Positions 19,139 to 27,462 of a stretch of 32,000 nucleotides of DNA are shown here, in pieces (the stretch's first letter is position 1; each line of letters opens with the position of its first letter). The DNA is taken from sequence record NC_043027.1; one strand, written 5' to 3'. This DNA comes from Bacillus phage PBS1. A program made the translations under genes and the position numbers. The notes under the pieces are model-generated. The model was not told where the DNA came from. It was given only the letters and a program-made list of their open reading frames with translations, and made no database searches.

Positions 19139-19441
19139 CTATTTTTTGTTAGTAATAGTTTTAGGTTTTTCTTTTGAATCTTGTTGAGCCTTCATTATTT
19201 TTTTAGCTTCTTTTTCAACTTGTTTTGCTTTTTCCTTCTCCAGACTGATTAGCATTGATAGATCCATATTGATCATTTCGCTGATACTTATTTTACCATC
19301 AAATAAGTCCAAAAGGTATAACTGGTATTTAGCATCCAGTTCAGTCTTTCGTTTAAGACCACCTTTTAATCCTCCTGAAGAAGACGATGAAAAAGCATTT
19401 CTTCCATATCGATCTCGATATCTCCTAACTGTTCTCCGCAA
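19139..19441 (-). CDS. Uncharacterised protein (100 aa), TTG start, overlaps upstream gene by 76 nt
   Basis: Supplied ORF; the start is uncertain, the 3' part has convincing helical/charged composition. Confidence 0.6.
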   Translation of the reverse strand: MRRTVRRYRDRYGRNAFSSSSSGGLKGGLKRKTELDAKYQLYLLDLFDGKISISEMINMDLSMLISLEKEKAKQVEKEAKKIMKAQQDSKEKPKTITNKK

Positions 19442-20562
19442 TTACTACATTTATGAGTTTTAATTTTATAATCAATAGCATATTTTTCTGAACGATCAGA
19501 AATTGCTTGCGCTAATGCTTTAACATCTTCCACTTCAAGATTCTTAATGATTTGGAAGATTGACTCTTTATCATCAATTTTTACATATTTTACTTTATTA
19601 TTAGCTTTAAGTTGTTGAATGTCAATTACATAAAGGTTTTTAATAAACATCATTGTTGTTAAGATTTGCTCATTTTCTTGTAGCATCTCTGGATTTACTG
19701 AGCCGATCAATTCTAAATGATCATACAATGAAGGTGTTTGAATATCTAATAAAATCTTATCATGCGGTAATACAATACGGTTAAATTTATTAACAAGTGA
19801 TTTTTCTAGCAACTCATCTACATTACTAACATTCCCAATAATCTCATGTAACTTAGCAAAAGTTTCTTCATCTTTTACGTCCACTAATGTTTCATTATTA
19901 ACGATAACAGTATTAGTTCCTTGGCAATGACCGCAACTAATTTCAAATGTACTATCAGTTGGGTAAGTTTGACAATAGATGCCATAAAGTAAAGTATTAA
20001 AATCATAGAATGAAGTAATTCTTAACCAATCTTTATAACTAATTTTTCCTAGAGATGTTGCATTAATTTTACTATATACAATCTTATAAAGCTTTTGTCT
20101 AGAAGCAGATGGAGACATAGTAGAATTTACAATAGAATTAATATCAGCCATTCTAATTGATTCCATATGTGCGATATATGCCGATTGATTGGCAACAACT
20201 TGGAAAGTAGGTTTTCCATTTAGAATAAAATCAATATCAGATGTACTTTCTAATGGACTCTTTTCAGAAAATTCAATATTTGATACATCAATAGTAATAC
20301 CACTAAGGATATCTCTTATATCCGAATTATCTGATGTTTTCTTTTTATTACTTTTCTTTTTGGTTTGTGTTGATGTTTTCTTTTTTGAAACAGCTTTCTT
20401 TTTAGGTTTTTCTTCTACAATTTCTTCTTCAATATTTTCTTCCTCATCTTCGACAATACCTAGTTCTTCATGTAGATCTTCAATTTCCTCTTCACTTTTT
20501 AAACCAAAATCTTTAATCTCTTTTTCAGAAAGTTTTTTCATAACTTCTTGTCTTTTACTCAT
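19366..20562 (-). CDS. T4 gp26/gp51-like baseplate (hub assembly) protein, zinc-binding
   Basis: Two CxxC pairs (SCGHC ... KCSNCGEQ) and the general architecture of T4-type baseplate hub chaperones; next to a gp25-like gene. Confidence 0.5.
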   Translation of the reverse strand: MSKRQEVMKKLSEKEIKDFGLKSEEEIEDLHEELGIVEDEEENIEEEIVEEKPKKKAVSKKKTSTQTKKKSNKKKTSDNSDIRDILSGITIDVSNIEFSEKSPLESTSDIDFILNGKPTFQVVANQSAYIAHMESIRMADINSIVNSTMSPSASRQKLYKIVYSKINATSLGKISYKDWLRITSFYDFNTLLYGIYCQTYPTDSTFEISCGHCQGTNTVIVNNETLVDVKDEETFAKLHEIIGNVSNVDELLEKSLVNKFNRIVLPHDKILLDIQTPSLYDHLELIGSVNPEMLQENEQILTTMMFIKNLYVIDIQQLKANNKVKYVKIDDKESIFQIIKNLEVEDVKALAQAISDRSEKYAIDYKIKTHKCSNCGEQLGDIEIDMEEMLFHRLLQED

Positions 20563-20576
20563 TATTTTGTCCTCCG

Positions 20577-21002
20577 TTATAAAATAATTTTAGATATAAC
20601 TTTTTTATTACTTTGCCTACCAAATATAATAGTAATTTGATCAGGATCATTAGTAGTCTGAATATCTCTTGAAACAATAAAGGTAAAAACAAGTATTTTA
20701 GATCCTCTATCATTATCTACTGTATCCAAATCAAATTGTATTCCTATATTGGTTGGTATAAATTTACTTATTTGATTATCAACTTTCTCTTTTAATTCTT
20801 GTTTTAATTGATCATCAATAAATTCAAATTGATAATTTTCGATACCTACGCCTAATTCTGGTTGATTAGGATATGTACCTTGTTCAATTATCATTAAATT
20901 TTGAATAGTCTGTGCTAATGCTTCTAAATCTTTCCTCTCAGCATTAGTGTTATATATACTCTTTTCCAAAAGGAGTTCACTCTTAAATATATCATCAGCC
21001 AC
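20577..21002 (-). CDS. gp25-like baseplate wedge protein (GPW/gp25 family)
   Basis: Short acidic protein with LxxLAQTIQNLMIIEQGTYPNQPELGVGI, matching the gp25/GpW-like pattern; GTG start with AGGAGG RBS. Confidence 0.65.
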   Translation of the reverse strand: MADDIFKSELLLEKSIYNTNAERKDLEALAQTIQNLMIIEQGTYPNQPELGVGIENYQFEFIDDQLKQELKEKVDNQISKFIPTNIGIQFDLDTVDNDRGSKILVFTFIVSRDIQTTNDPDQITIIFGRQSNKKVISKIIL

Positions 21003-21037
21003 TATAGTTCTAAGACCTCCTCCATTATTTCAGGTAA

Positions 21038-21049
21038 TATTGAAATGTT
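21038..21049 (-). promoter_or_regulatory. Promoter-like motif AACA(N6)TA (AACATTTCAATA)
   Basis: 36-47 nt upstream of the gp25-like start. Confidence 0.5.
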
Positions 21050-21078
21050 AACAATTCTCCAAATTATAAAAAATAATA

Positions 21079-21090
21079 AACAATATTTTA
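21079..21090 (+). promoter_or_regulatory. Promoter-like motif AACA(N6)TA (AACAATATTTTA)
   Basis: 35-46 nt upstream of the nuclease start, back to back with the minus-strand copy. Confidence 0.5.
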
Positions 21091-21124
21091 TAAGACATAA
21101 TAATGGAAAAGACGGTGAAAAATA

Positions 21125-21841
21125 ATGAAAATAGAAAAATGTCCATTTTGTTCTAATAAGTATAAAGACAAATCTTTTCTTTGTAATCATTTAGAAAATA
21201 AACATAAAGAACAGTTAAATGGTCTTTCTCCAGCACAGGTATATTTTAATTTTAAATATAATAAAACTGGTGGAAAATGTATTATATGTAGAAAGTCTAC
21301 TAAATGGAATGAAAGTACCAATAGATATGAGAGAATTTGTGATCGTAAAGAGACTAATTGTAGAGAGAAATATAGAGAAATGTTTAAAAAACGTATGATG
21401 GGTAAGTATGGTAAGACTACTTTACTTGATGAACCAGAAATGCAAAAGAAGATGCTTGATTCTAGAAAGATATCTGGTGAATATACTTGGACAAATAAAA
21501 AAGGTAAGACTAAATATACTGGTACTTATGAAAAAGATTTTTTAGAATTTTTAGATGTATTTTTACATTTTGAACCAAGTGATGTTATTAGTCCTGCCCC
21601 ACAAGTTTTTTACTATGAATTTAATGGTAAAAAACACTTTTATATGCCAGATTTTTATATTACATCAATTAATACCATCATAGAGATAAAAGCTTTTGAT
21701 AATAAACATTATAGAGCTAGAGATATAGAACAAGAAAAAGCAAAGGATAAAGCAGTATTAAAAAGTAATTTTAATTATATTAAAATTCATGATAAAGAAT
21801 ATGATGAATTTTTTGATTATCTTTTAAAATTTAAAGAATAA
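21125..21841 (+). CDS. Zinc-finger PD-(D/E)XK-type endonuclease, possibly homing/mobile
   Basis: N-terminal CPFCSNKYKDKSFLCNHLENKH and CIICRKSTKW...CDRKETNC zinc clusters, then FYMPDFYI...IIEIKAF nuclease core (D...ExK). Confidence 0.75.
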   Translation: MKIEKCPFCSNKYKDKSFLCNHLENKHKEQLNGLSPAQVYFNFKYNKTGGKCIICRKSTKWNESTNRYERICDRKETNCREKYREMFKKRMMGKYGKTTLLDEPEMQKKMLDSRKISGEYTWTNKKGKTKYTGTYEKDFLEFLDVFLHFEPSDVISPAPQVFYYEFNGKKHFYMPDFYITSINTIIEIKAFDNKHYRARDIEQEKAKDKAVLKSNFNYIKIHDKEYDEFFDYLLKFKE

Positions 21842-21872
21842 AGAAATAATAAATTAATAGGGTAAGTTAAAA

Positions 21873-21914
21873 AATAAAGATAACTTTTTCTTAATAGAAT
21901 TAGTTATCTTTATT
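21873..21914 (+). terminator. 13-bp perfect hairpin
   Basis: AATAAAGATAACT-loop-AGTTATCTTTATT. Confidence 0.7.
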
Positions 21915-21954
21915 AAATTTATTATTTTTAATAACCGTATTAAAATATTAAAAG

Positions 21955-21975
21955 AAATATATATTATATAATTGA
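21955..21975 (+). promoter_or_regulatory. Promoter-like 21-mer AAATATATATTATATAATTGA
   Basis: Identical 21-mer at 24311-24331, both shortly upstream of + strand genes. Confidence 0.55.
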
Positions 21976-22006
21976 ATAAATAGGAGAACTAGGAGGTTCA
22001 ATTATT

Positions 22007-22789
22007 ATGAGAATTATACTGGGGAATTATAACAAAGATAGGGGTACTACTATTTCATCTACTGAAGGAAAGTATTTCTATCAAGATGTATCAAATGATC
22101 AACAAGTATTTGAGGTTTATAAGAAATTTATAGATGTAGCTGAAATTGTTGGATTTGATGTATTACAGGCACATACACATTTTAAAGATACTAGTGATAT
22201 TTGGGAAATTATACAGATTGAATTAATTAGAGATGGTATTATTGAGGAATTTAATTATGATGAAGAGAATTATTGTACTTTTCCTGAGATACGAGACATT
22301 ATTGATGTATCAAAAATGCTTATTATGGATAAGCTAGTAAAATTACCTATGTATCATTATTGGGAAGGACAAGTACATATTGGGAAAACCATAGAAGAAG
22401 ATCCAAGTAGACTTAAATTAGCTATTAATGAAATTCTTATTAAACCAAAAACAAGAATACTTGAGATGAGTGTATATATTTACATTTATATTGATGGACA
22501 AAGGAAAATTATCGACCTCCTAGAAGATTTTACATTAGATTTTAATTATATTAGAGATAAAAATAGAAAATTATTTAATTATATTAATAGAGTTATTGAT
22601 TATGCAAGAAATAATGTTGATTTCCCAGTGAACTTTGTGAGATTTCAAATTTCTAATGATAACATTATACGCAATATGAAAATTAGTGATCGAAATGCTG
22701 AAATGCTTGAATGTCTTTATATGAAAGTGCAAAATGATAAATATGAAAATAAATATATACTACCTCTGTATAATATAAAAGGAGAATAA
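22007..22789 (+). CDS. Uncharacterised protein (260 aa)
   Basis: Supplied ORF; RBS AGGAGG upstream. Confidence 0.82.
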   Translation: MRIILGNYNKDRGTTISSTEGKYFYQDVSNDQQVFEVYKKFIDVAEIVGFDVLQAHTHFKDTSDIWEIIQIELIRDGIIEEFNYDEENYCTFPEIRDIIDVSKMLIMDKLVKLPMYHYWEGQVHIGKTIEEDPSRLKLAINEILIKPKTRILEMSVYIYIYIDGQRKIIDLLEDFTLDFNYIRDKNRKLFNYINRVIDYARNNVDFPVNFVRFQISNDNIIRNMKISDRNAEMLECLYMKVQNDKYENKYILPLYNIKGE

Positions 22790-22794
22790 TAACA

Positions 22795-23520
22795 ATGCAT
22801 CATTCTTTATTCCAAATAAAATCTAAAGAAAATAATAAGATTTATAATGTACTAAAGATCATCAAGAATCAATACATAGTTATGGAAGTTAGCTTATCAA
22901 ATATTAATGATATAAGTATGAATTATTTTAAAAAATTTATTGATTTAATAGATTATTTAGGTATTGAAAATATATCTAAATTAGATAACGATAATGGATT
23001 AGTGTTTATTCAAGAGATAATCAATAATAACTATTTTAAAGTCATTAATAAAGGAGACTATTCTTATATTACTTTGCCTTTTATTAATGAATTGGAAGTT
23101 GTAATGTATAAGCTGTTATCTACAAATAAGAATATAAAAGATCCAAGTAGTTATACTATAAATAGATTTCAAGTTAATAAAAATCCTAAACAAACAGCAA
23201 TTCAAGGAGTATTATCATGTGAATTATATTCTTTTAATGAGAAAGTAAGTGAGATAGTCGTTCATATTGAAATGAGAGATCTAAGAAAAGAAAATAGGGA
23301 GTTATTTAATGATATTAAACGGTTAATTTTATTTACAGAAAGAAAATTGAATTATAGATTAACAGAAATGAGCCTAGAAATTATGCTAGGTTCATTTCTA
23401 ACTACCATTTCTAAAAATAATAATCGTCTTGAGTTTAGGGATATTATTGATACTATATTTCTTGAAGTAAAAGGTGCTACTTCTACACAGTTTAATAGTA
23501 TATTGCCTATTTCAAAATAA
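22795..23520 (+). CDS. Uncharacterised protein (241 aa), distantly similar to the preceding product
   Basis: Supplied ORF, overlapping RBS GGAG. Confidence 0.82.
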   Translation: MHHSLFQIKSKENNKIYNVLKIIKNQYIVMEVSLSNINDISMNYFKKFIDLIDYLGIENISKLDNDNGLVFIQEIINNNYFKVINKGDYSYITLPFINELEVVMYKLLSTNKNIKDPSSYTINRFQVNKNPKQTAIQGVLSCELYSFNEKVSEIVVHIEMRDLRKENRELFNDIKRLILFTERKLNYRLTEMSLEIMLGSFLTTISKNNNRLEFRDIIDTIFLEVKGATSTQFNSILPISK

Positions 23521-23536
23521 TATTGGAGGAATAAAA

Positions 23537-24259
23537 ATGTTTAGAGGAAATGTATTTTTAACTGATATTTTACATGTAAAACATACAGGTTATGAAGAAA
23601 AAATTGAATATCATTTCAAAGAAAATGAGTCAATTTTTGATTTTGCTCGTATACTACCTATGACTGTAATTGTTGAAAGAGCTACTAATGTTTTAATTCG
23701 TCATGAAGTAAAAGATGGTTTTATTTATATTCCATCAGTTATAAAAGAACAGAATAATATATTTGATCTATCTAAATATGAGCTATTTAATATTCCATTG
23801 AATGACAAAAAATTAGATATAGAAATACCTAGCTATACAATGATCGACAGTTCAAGGGTTAAAAAGAATGGAATAAAACTCATTGAAAAAGTCACTAAAC
23901 AGATTTTTTCTAATAGAAATAATTATATAAGTAATGAAGAGTTAAAAGTCATCTTAGACGGAATTAAACAGGAAGAATTTAATCGTATATGCAATTTCTC
24001 TAATGAAGAGAGTCGTTATGAATTAATATTTGGTAGCTTAAAGTCTACGACTGGAAAAGATGAATATATTAACATGAAAAGTAGTTTTGGAAACTTTATT
24101 TTCCCATCTATCGATAAAGAAACTATTAATATTATTAAAAAAGAATTTTCTAATAAAATTTTAATAATAGATAGCGAAAGAATTAATAAAGTAATCAATA
24201 ATATAATAGACTTTAAACTACTTATCAATTTAAAAAAACAAATAAATAGCTCCCTTTAG
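23537..24259 (+). CDS. Uncharacterised protein (240 aa)
   Basis: Supplied ORF 23474..24259 re-started at MFRGNVFLTD behind TTGGAGGAATAAAA. Confidence 0.82.
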   Translation: MFRGNVFLTDILHVKHTGYEEKIEYHFKENESIFDFARILPMTVIVERATNVLIRHEVKDGFIYIPSVIKEQNNIFDLSKYELFNIPLNDKKLDIEIPSYTMIDSSRVKKNGIKLIEKVTKQIFSNRNNYISNEELKVILDGIKQEEFNRICNFSNEESRYELIFGSLKSTTGKDEYINMKSSFGNFIFPSIDKETINIIKKEFSNKILIIDSERINKVINNIIDFKLLINLKKQINSSL

Positions 24260-24280
24260 GGAGTTATTTTTTTTTTATAT
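24246..24280 (+). terminator. GC-cored hairpin with long T-run
   Basis: AATAGCTCCC-TTTA-GGGAGTTATT then TTTTTTTT; overlaps the 3' end of the preceding gene. Confidence 0.85.
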
Positions 24281-24307
24281 TTTTTAAGTAAAATTAAAAT
24301 ATTATAA

Positions 24308-24331
24308 CAAATATATATTATATAATTGATG
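24308..24331 (+). promoter_or_regulatory. Composite motif: AACA(N6)TA overlapping AAATATATATTATATAATTGA
   Basis: AACAAATATATATTATATAATTGA directly upstream of GGAGG and the 24345 ATG. Confidence 0.55.
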
Positions 24332-24344
24332 GAGGTTTAAGAAA

Positions 24345-24728
24345 ATGAGTGAAGAAAAAGTTTTAGAAAATCAAGAAGAAGAAGTAGTAGAAAAAGAGGA
24401 AGTTGGAGAAAGTGAACAACCTCAATTAGAAGGTGATATTGTACAATTTACAGTTGGAATTAATTCTAATCAAACGTATAATGTTAGATCAACAGTTGAA
24501 ACTGGATTAGACCTAAGAGAATATATGCAAGCTATCGCAACTATTAAACTTAATACAATTATTAGCATCTTAAGTGGAAATGAAAAGAAATATGATAATT
24601 TGAAAATTTTTAAAGAATTTGAGAAAGAAACTTTATCAATGGCTATTGATAAAATCTTGGAAGGTTTCTCTGAAAAAGAAATTCCTGATATTGAGAAAAA
24701 ACAAATTAAAAAATTATTTGCTGAATAA
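24345..24728 (+). CDS. Small acidic-N-terminus protein (127 aa), uncharacterised
   Basis: Supplied ORF; RBS GGAGG. Confidence 0.82.
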   Translation: MSEEKVLENQEEEVVEKEEVGESEQPQLEGDIVQFTVGINSNQTYNVRSTVETGLDLREYMQAIATIKLNTIISILSGNEKKYDNLKIFKEFEKETLSMAIDKILEGFSEKEIPDIEKKQIKKLFAE

Positions 24729-24733
24729 CATAA

Positions 24734-24769
24734 AATATCAAGTATGGACAACAGTTCATACTTGATATT
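24734..24769 (+). terminator. 13-bp perfect hairpin (first of a tandem pair)
   Basis: AATATCAAGTATG-GACAACAGTT-CATACTTGATATT. Confidence 0.55.
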
Positions 24770-24783
24770 ACTTAAACCTCCAT

Positions 24784-24814
24784 TAAAATAAGTATAGCGG
24801 ATATACTTATTTTA
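24784..24814 (+). terminator. 13-bp perfect hairpin (second of a tandem pair)
   Basis: TAAAATAAGTATA-GCGGA-TATACTTATTTTA. Confidence 0.5.
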
Positions 24815-24908
24815 TCTTTGTTAATTTCCAATACATCTGTCACTAATTATCTAAAATTTTTAGTAAATTAGTAACAAAAGATTGACTTATACTCAGGAGG
24901 TTAACATA

Positions 24909-25430
24909 ATGAAAAAGAGATTATTAGTTATTGCTGGACCATCAGGCTGTGGAAAGAATTATATCACTGATTTATTAATTGGTACTTATCCAGAATTATT
25001 TCAACAGCTTCCACAATATACTACTAGGGAGAAGAGAACACCAGATGAGAATACTTATCACTTTATTAGTAAGTCTCATTATGATGTAATTGAACATGCA
25101 TTAATTGCTAAAACTGAAATTAATGGATACCATTACGGGACAGTTCCAAGCTTTGAAGAAAATAAAATCGGTATTATTATTGCTAATAAAAAAGGAATTG
25201 AGAGTTTGAGAGAATACCTTTCTAATAACACTGATAATGTAGAGGTATTTTATTTGGGAATTGATTCGGAGCAACCAAAAGAGAGAGATGAAAGAACTAA
25301 AGAATATGTCGCAAATGAAAGAAAAGAATTAAAACCAATTATTAATGATTGGTTAGTCAATATTCCACCCTATAATTATATTACTGCGGAAGATGTTTAT
25401 CAATACTTAGAGAATAAAAAGTTTATTTAA
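24909..25430 (+). CDS. Guanylate kinase-like P-loop (d)NMP kinase
   Basis: Re-started at MKKRLLVIAGPSGCGKN behind CAGGAGG; TTREKRTPDENTYHFISKSHYD and NGYHYGTV match guanylate kinase motifs. Confidence 0.8.
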   Translation: MKKRLLVIAGPSGCGKNYITDLLIGTYPELFQQLPQYTTREKRTPDENTYHFISKSHYDVIEHALIAKTEINGYHYGTVPSFEENKIGIIIANKKGIESLREYLSNNTDNVEVFYLGIDSEQPKERDERTKEYVANERKELKPIINDWLVNIPPYNYITAEDVYQYLENKKFI

Positions 25431-25438
25431 ACATAAAC

Positions 25439-25470
25439 AATCGATTATAGGTTTATTCCTATAATCGATT
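25439..25470 (+). terminator. 13-bp perfect hairpin
   Basis: AATCGATTATAGG-TTTATT-CCTATAATCGATT. Confidence 0.65.
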
Positions 25471-25496
25471 TAGTTTGTCATAGGGGGGGTTGAATT

Positions 25497-26264
25497 ATGA
25501 CAAACAATTTATACCAAAAACATAATTATCTAAATAAAAGAATTAGTTATCTCAAGAATAATATTATAAGAGAATATGATATGACCAATGCTGGCGTCAA
25601 TATTCTACGGAAAAATAATGTTATTACGGAAGAAGAATATCGACATTTAAATTCAATGGAAAAATTAAAAAAGAATAAAACAGTTGGCTTGTTCTTAAAA
25701 AAGAATCCTGATATTAGTGAAGCATTGATCAATGAGTTTGTTTTAATTAGGAAAGAGTTATTTGAGAAGAATAATATTGATGATGATGATATCTTATCAA
25801 TTAAAAAAGATGCAGTTTTTATCATTAATAAAAAGTTAACCAATTTAGAATTAAACGAATATTATAAATTCCAAGAAAAGAATAGGTATATTAGTTATAT
25901 TAATATTGATAATAAAGAGTTTTATTATAAATCAGATAGAACTCTAGATATTAAGGGTTATAGTAAGGAAATAAAGGAATTCCATAAGGATTACTTATTT
26001 AAAGATTTAGAAGAACTTCTTTTCCTAGATACACATAATGAAGAAAATGCACTATTTGAGAAATTAATACAACTTAAATATAATTTCGTAACCAGAGAAT
26101 TACCTTATCAGTACTATCTAGATTTAATTTATGGTAAATATTTATATGGTATTTTAAATCATATGTATTACTTGGACGAAATAACAGAAGATTTAAAAAA
26201 ATATGTTCTAATCAATAACAACCTTAATTTCTTACTTAGAGTGATAAATATTCTATTAAAATGA
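25497..26264 (+). CDS. Uncharacterised protein (255 aa)
   Basis: Supplied ORF, RBS AGGGGGGG. Confidence 0.82.
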   Translation: MTNNLYQKHNYLNKRISYLKNNIIREYDMTNAGVNILRKNNVITEEEYRHLNSMEKLKKNKTVGLFLKKNPDISEALINEFVLIRKELFEKNNIDDDDILSIKKDAVFIINKKLTNLELNEYYKFQEKNRYISYINIDNKEFYYKSDRTLDIKGYSKEIKEFHKDYLFKDLEELLFLDTHNEENALFEKLIQLKYNFVTRELPYQYYLDLIYGKYLYGILNHMYYLDEITEDLKKYVLINNNLNFLLRVINILLK

Positions 26265-26299
26265 TTAAAACAGTAGACTGGGACTCTACTGTTTTAATC
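26263..26299. terminator. 15-bp perfect hairpin between convergent genes, probably bidirectional
   Basis: GATTAAAACAGTAGA-CTGGGAC-TCTACTGTTTTAATC. Confidence 0.8.
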
Positions 26300-26305
26300 G
26301 TTATA

Positions 26306-26760
26306 TTATTTTACTTTTTTTATAGTTGTTCTATTAAGTTCCACTGTAATCTCAGCAATTCGATTATATACCAAAACAGTAACAAAATCAGTTAAATCCC
26401 GAATATAGACACTTAAACTTTCTTTATAAGGTTCTGATAGTTGTTGCATTACACTATGAGTAGTCTCAGCAGTTATTTTTATAAGAATATCATCATTTAA
26501 TAAAGATAGACTAGTAGATCTTCTTTGATATGGGATTAATTTCAAATCTCTAGATTTGTTACAAAAATAATCTACTAAAAACATTAGATATTTAGTATCT
26601 GACTCAAAATCTTTATTAGCTAATTTTTTTTCTATGTTCCCATTAATAGAATTTAATCCCTTACTTTTATCTAAAGTACCTACAATCTTAATCATAAACT
26701 TAGCGAAAAAAAGAATAACAAAAAGGTTTAACAGTACAATTAAAGCAATTAATAGTTCCA
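26306..26760 (-). CDS. Small membrane-anchored protein (151 aa), uncharacterised
   Basis: Re-started at MELLIALIVLLNLFVILFFAKFMI; N-terminal hydrophobic segment; RBS AGGAGG. Confidence 0.75.
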
Positions 26761-26781
26761 TTGATATTCCTCCTATAAAAA

Positions 26782-26804
26782 AAGAAGGACTCAATGTCCT
26801 TCTT
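26782..26804 (-). terminator. 9-bp hairpin overlapping the RNase H stop codon region
   Basis: AAGAAGGAC-TCAAT-GTCCTTCTT; A-run on the plus strand gives a T-run for minus-strand transcripts. Confidence 0.7.
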
Positions 26805-27336
26805 ATTCTCCATTTCTTATTTTTAAAGCACGTTCTTTATATTCAACGGCAAGACTATCTGCCATTTCTTGGTAGTAAGTATATGGATCATCTTTTAATG
26901 TAATGTTCTTTCCTTTGTGACCTCTTAACCAATTAAACTGTAATATGATACGTTTCCTAGCAAAATAAATTTTATATTCATTTAATAATTTCCATAAATC
27001 TAGATTTTTTATTTCCCCAGAAGAATTTCTCCATCCATTTTTAATCCATTTATTTAATCTATCTCTTGCCCCTAGTATAGTATATTCTGAATCTGATATA
27101 ATTTCAATGACTCCTATTTCATTAGGATTCTTTTCAACAAAATCTTTCATTTCTTTTAACCCTAAAATTACACCCATTAATTCATTATAATTATTTGTTG
27201 ATTTATCAAAAGCTTTTAATCGTTTACCTATTAATTGAAATTCTTCATTTACAAATAATGTTGCACATGTACCAAGAGCATCTGGTTTACCATTATGAAA
27301 TGAAGCGGCATCTGAGAAAATATAAATCTTTTTCAT
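26803..27336 (-). CDS. Ribonuclease HI-like protein
   Basis: Putative catalytic residues in FSDAAS, NYNELMGVILGL, IISDSEY, QEMADSLAV; FNWLRGHKG. Confidence 0.85.
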   Translation of the reverse strand: MKKIYIFSDAASFHNGKPDALGTCATLFVNEEFQLIGKRLKAFDKSTNNYNELMGVILGLKEMKDFVEKNPNEIGVIEIISDSEYTILGARDRLNKWIKNGWRNSSGEIKNLDLWKLLNEYKIYFARKRIILQFNWLRGHKGKNITLKDDPYTYYQEMADSLAVEYKERALKIRNGE

Positions 27337-27371
27337 ATGAATTTCCTCCTAAAAAATATGTATTCATTATA

Positions 27372-27385
27372 ATAATATATATTTG
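27372..27385 (-). promoter_or_regulatory. Promoter-like motif CAAATATATATTAT
   Basis: 36-49 nt upstream of the RNase H start. Confidence 0.5.
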
Positions 27386-27419
27386 AAACATGTATATGTT
27401 ATTAATAATAATTAAAATA

Positions 27420-27431
27420 AACAATATAATA
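27420..27431 (+). promoter_or_regulatory. Promoter-like motif AACA(N6)TA (AACAATATAATA)
   Basis: 32-43 nt upstream of the 27463 start. Confidence 0.5.
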
Positions 27432-27462
27432 TTTCATAATACTATAAGGATGGTGAGAAAAA

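Noticed and set aside
19366-19441. Programmed -1 frameshift joining the baseplate protein and the 100-aa ORF
   Set aside because: Frames are in the -1 relationship but I found no X_XXY_YYZ slippery heptamer in the overlap; kept only as an overlap observation.
20189-20587. 132-aa plus-strand ORF (FFLLFFLVCVDVFFF...)
   Set aside because: Antisense to the Lys/Glu-rich baseplate gene; composition is the complement of AAA/GAA codons.
21002-21190. 62-aa minus-strand ORF across the divergent promoter region
   Set aside because: Overlaps both promoter-like motifs and the start of the nuclease gene; hydrophobic random-looking sequence.
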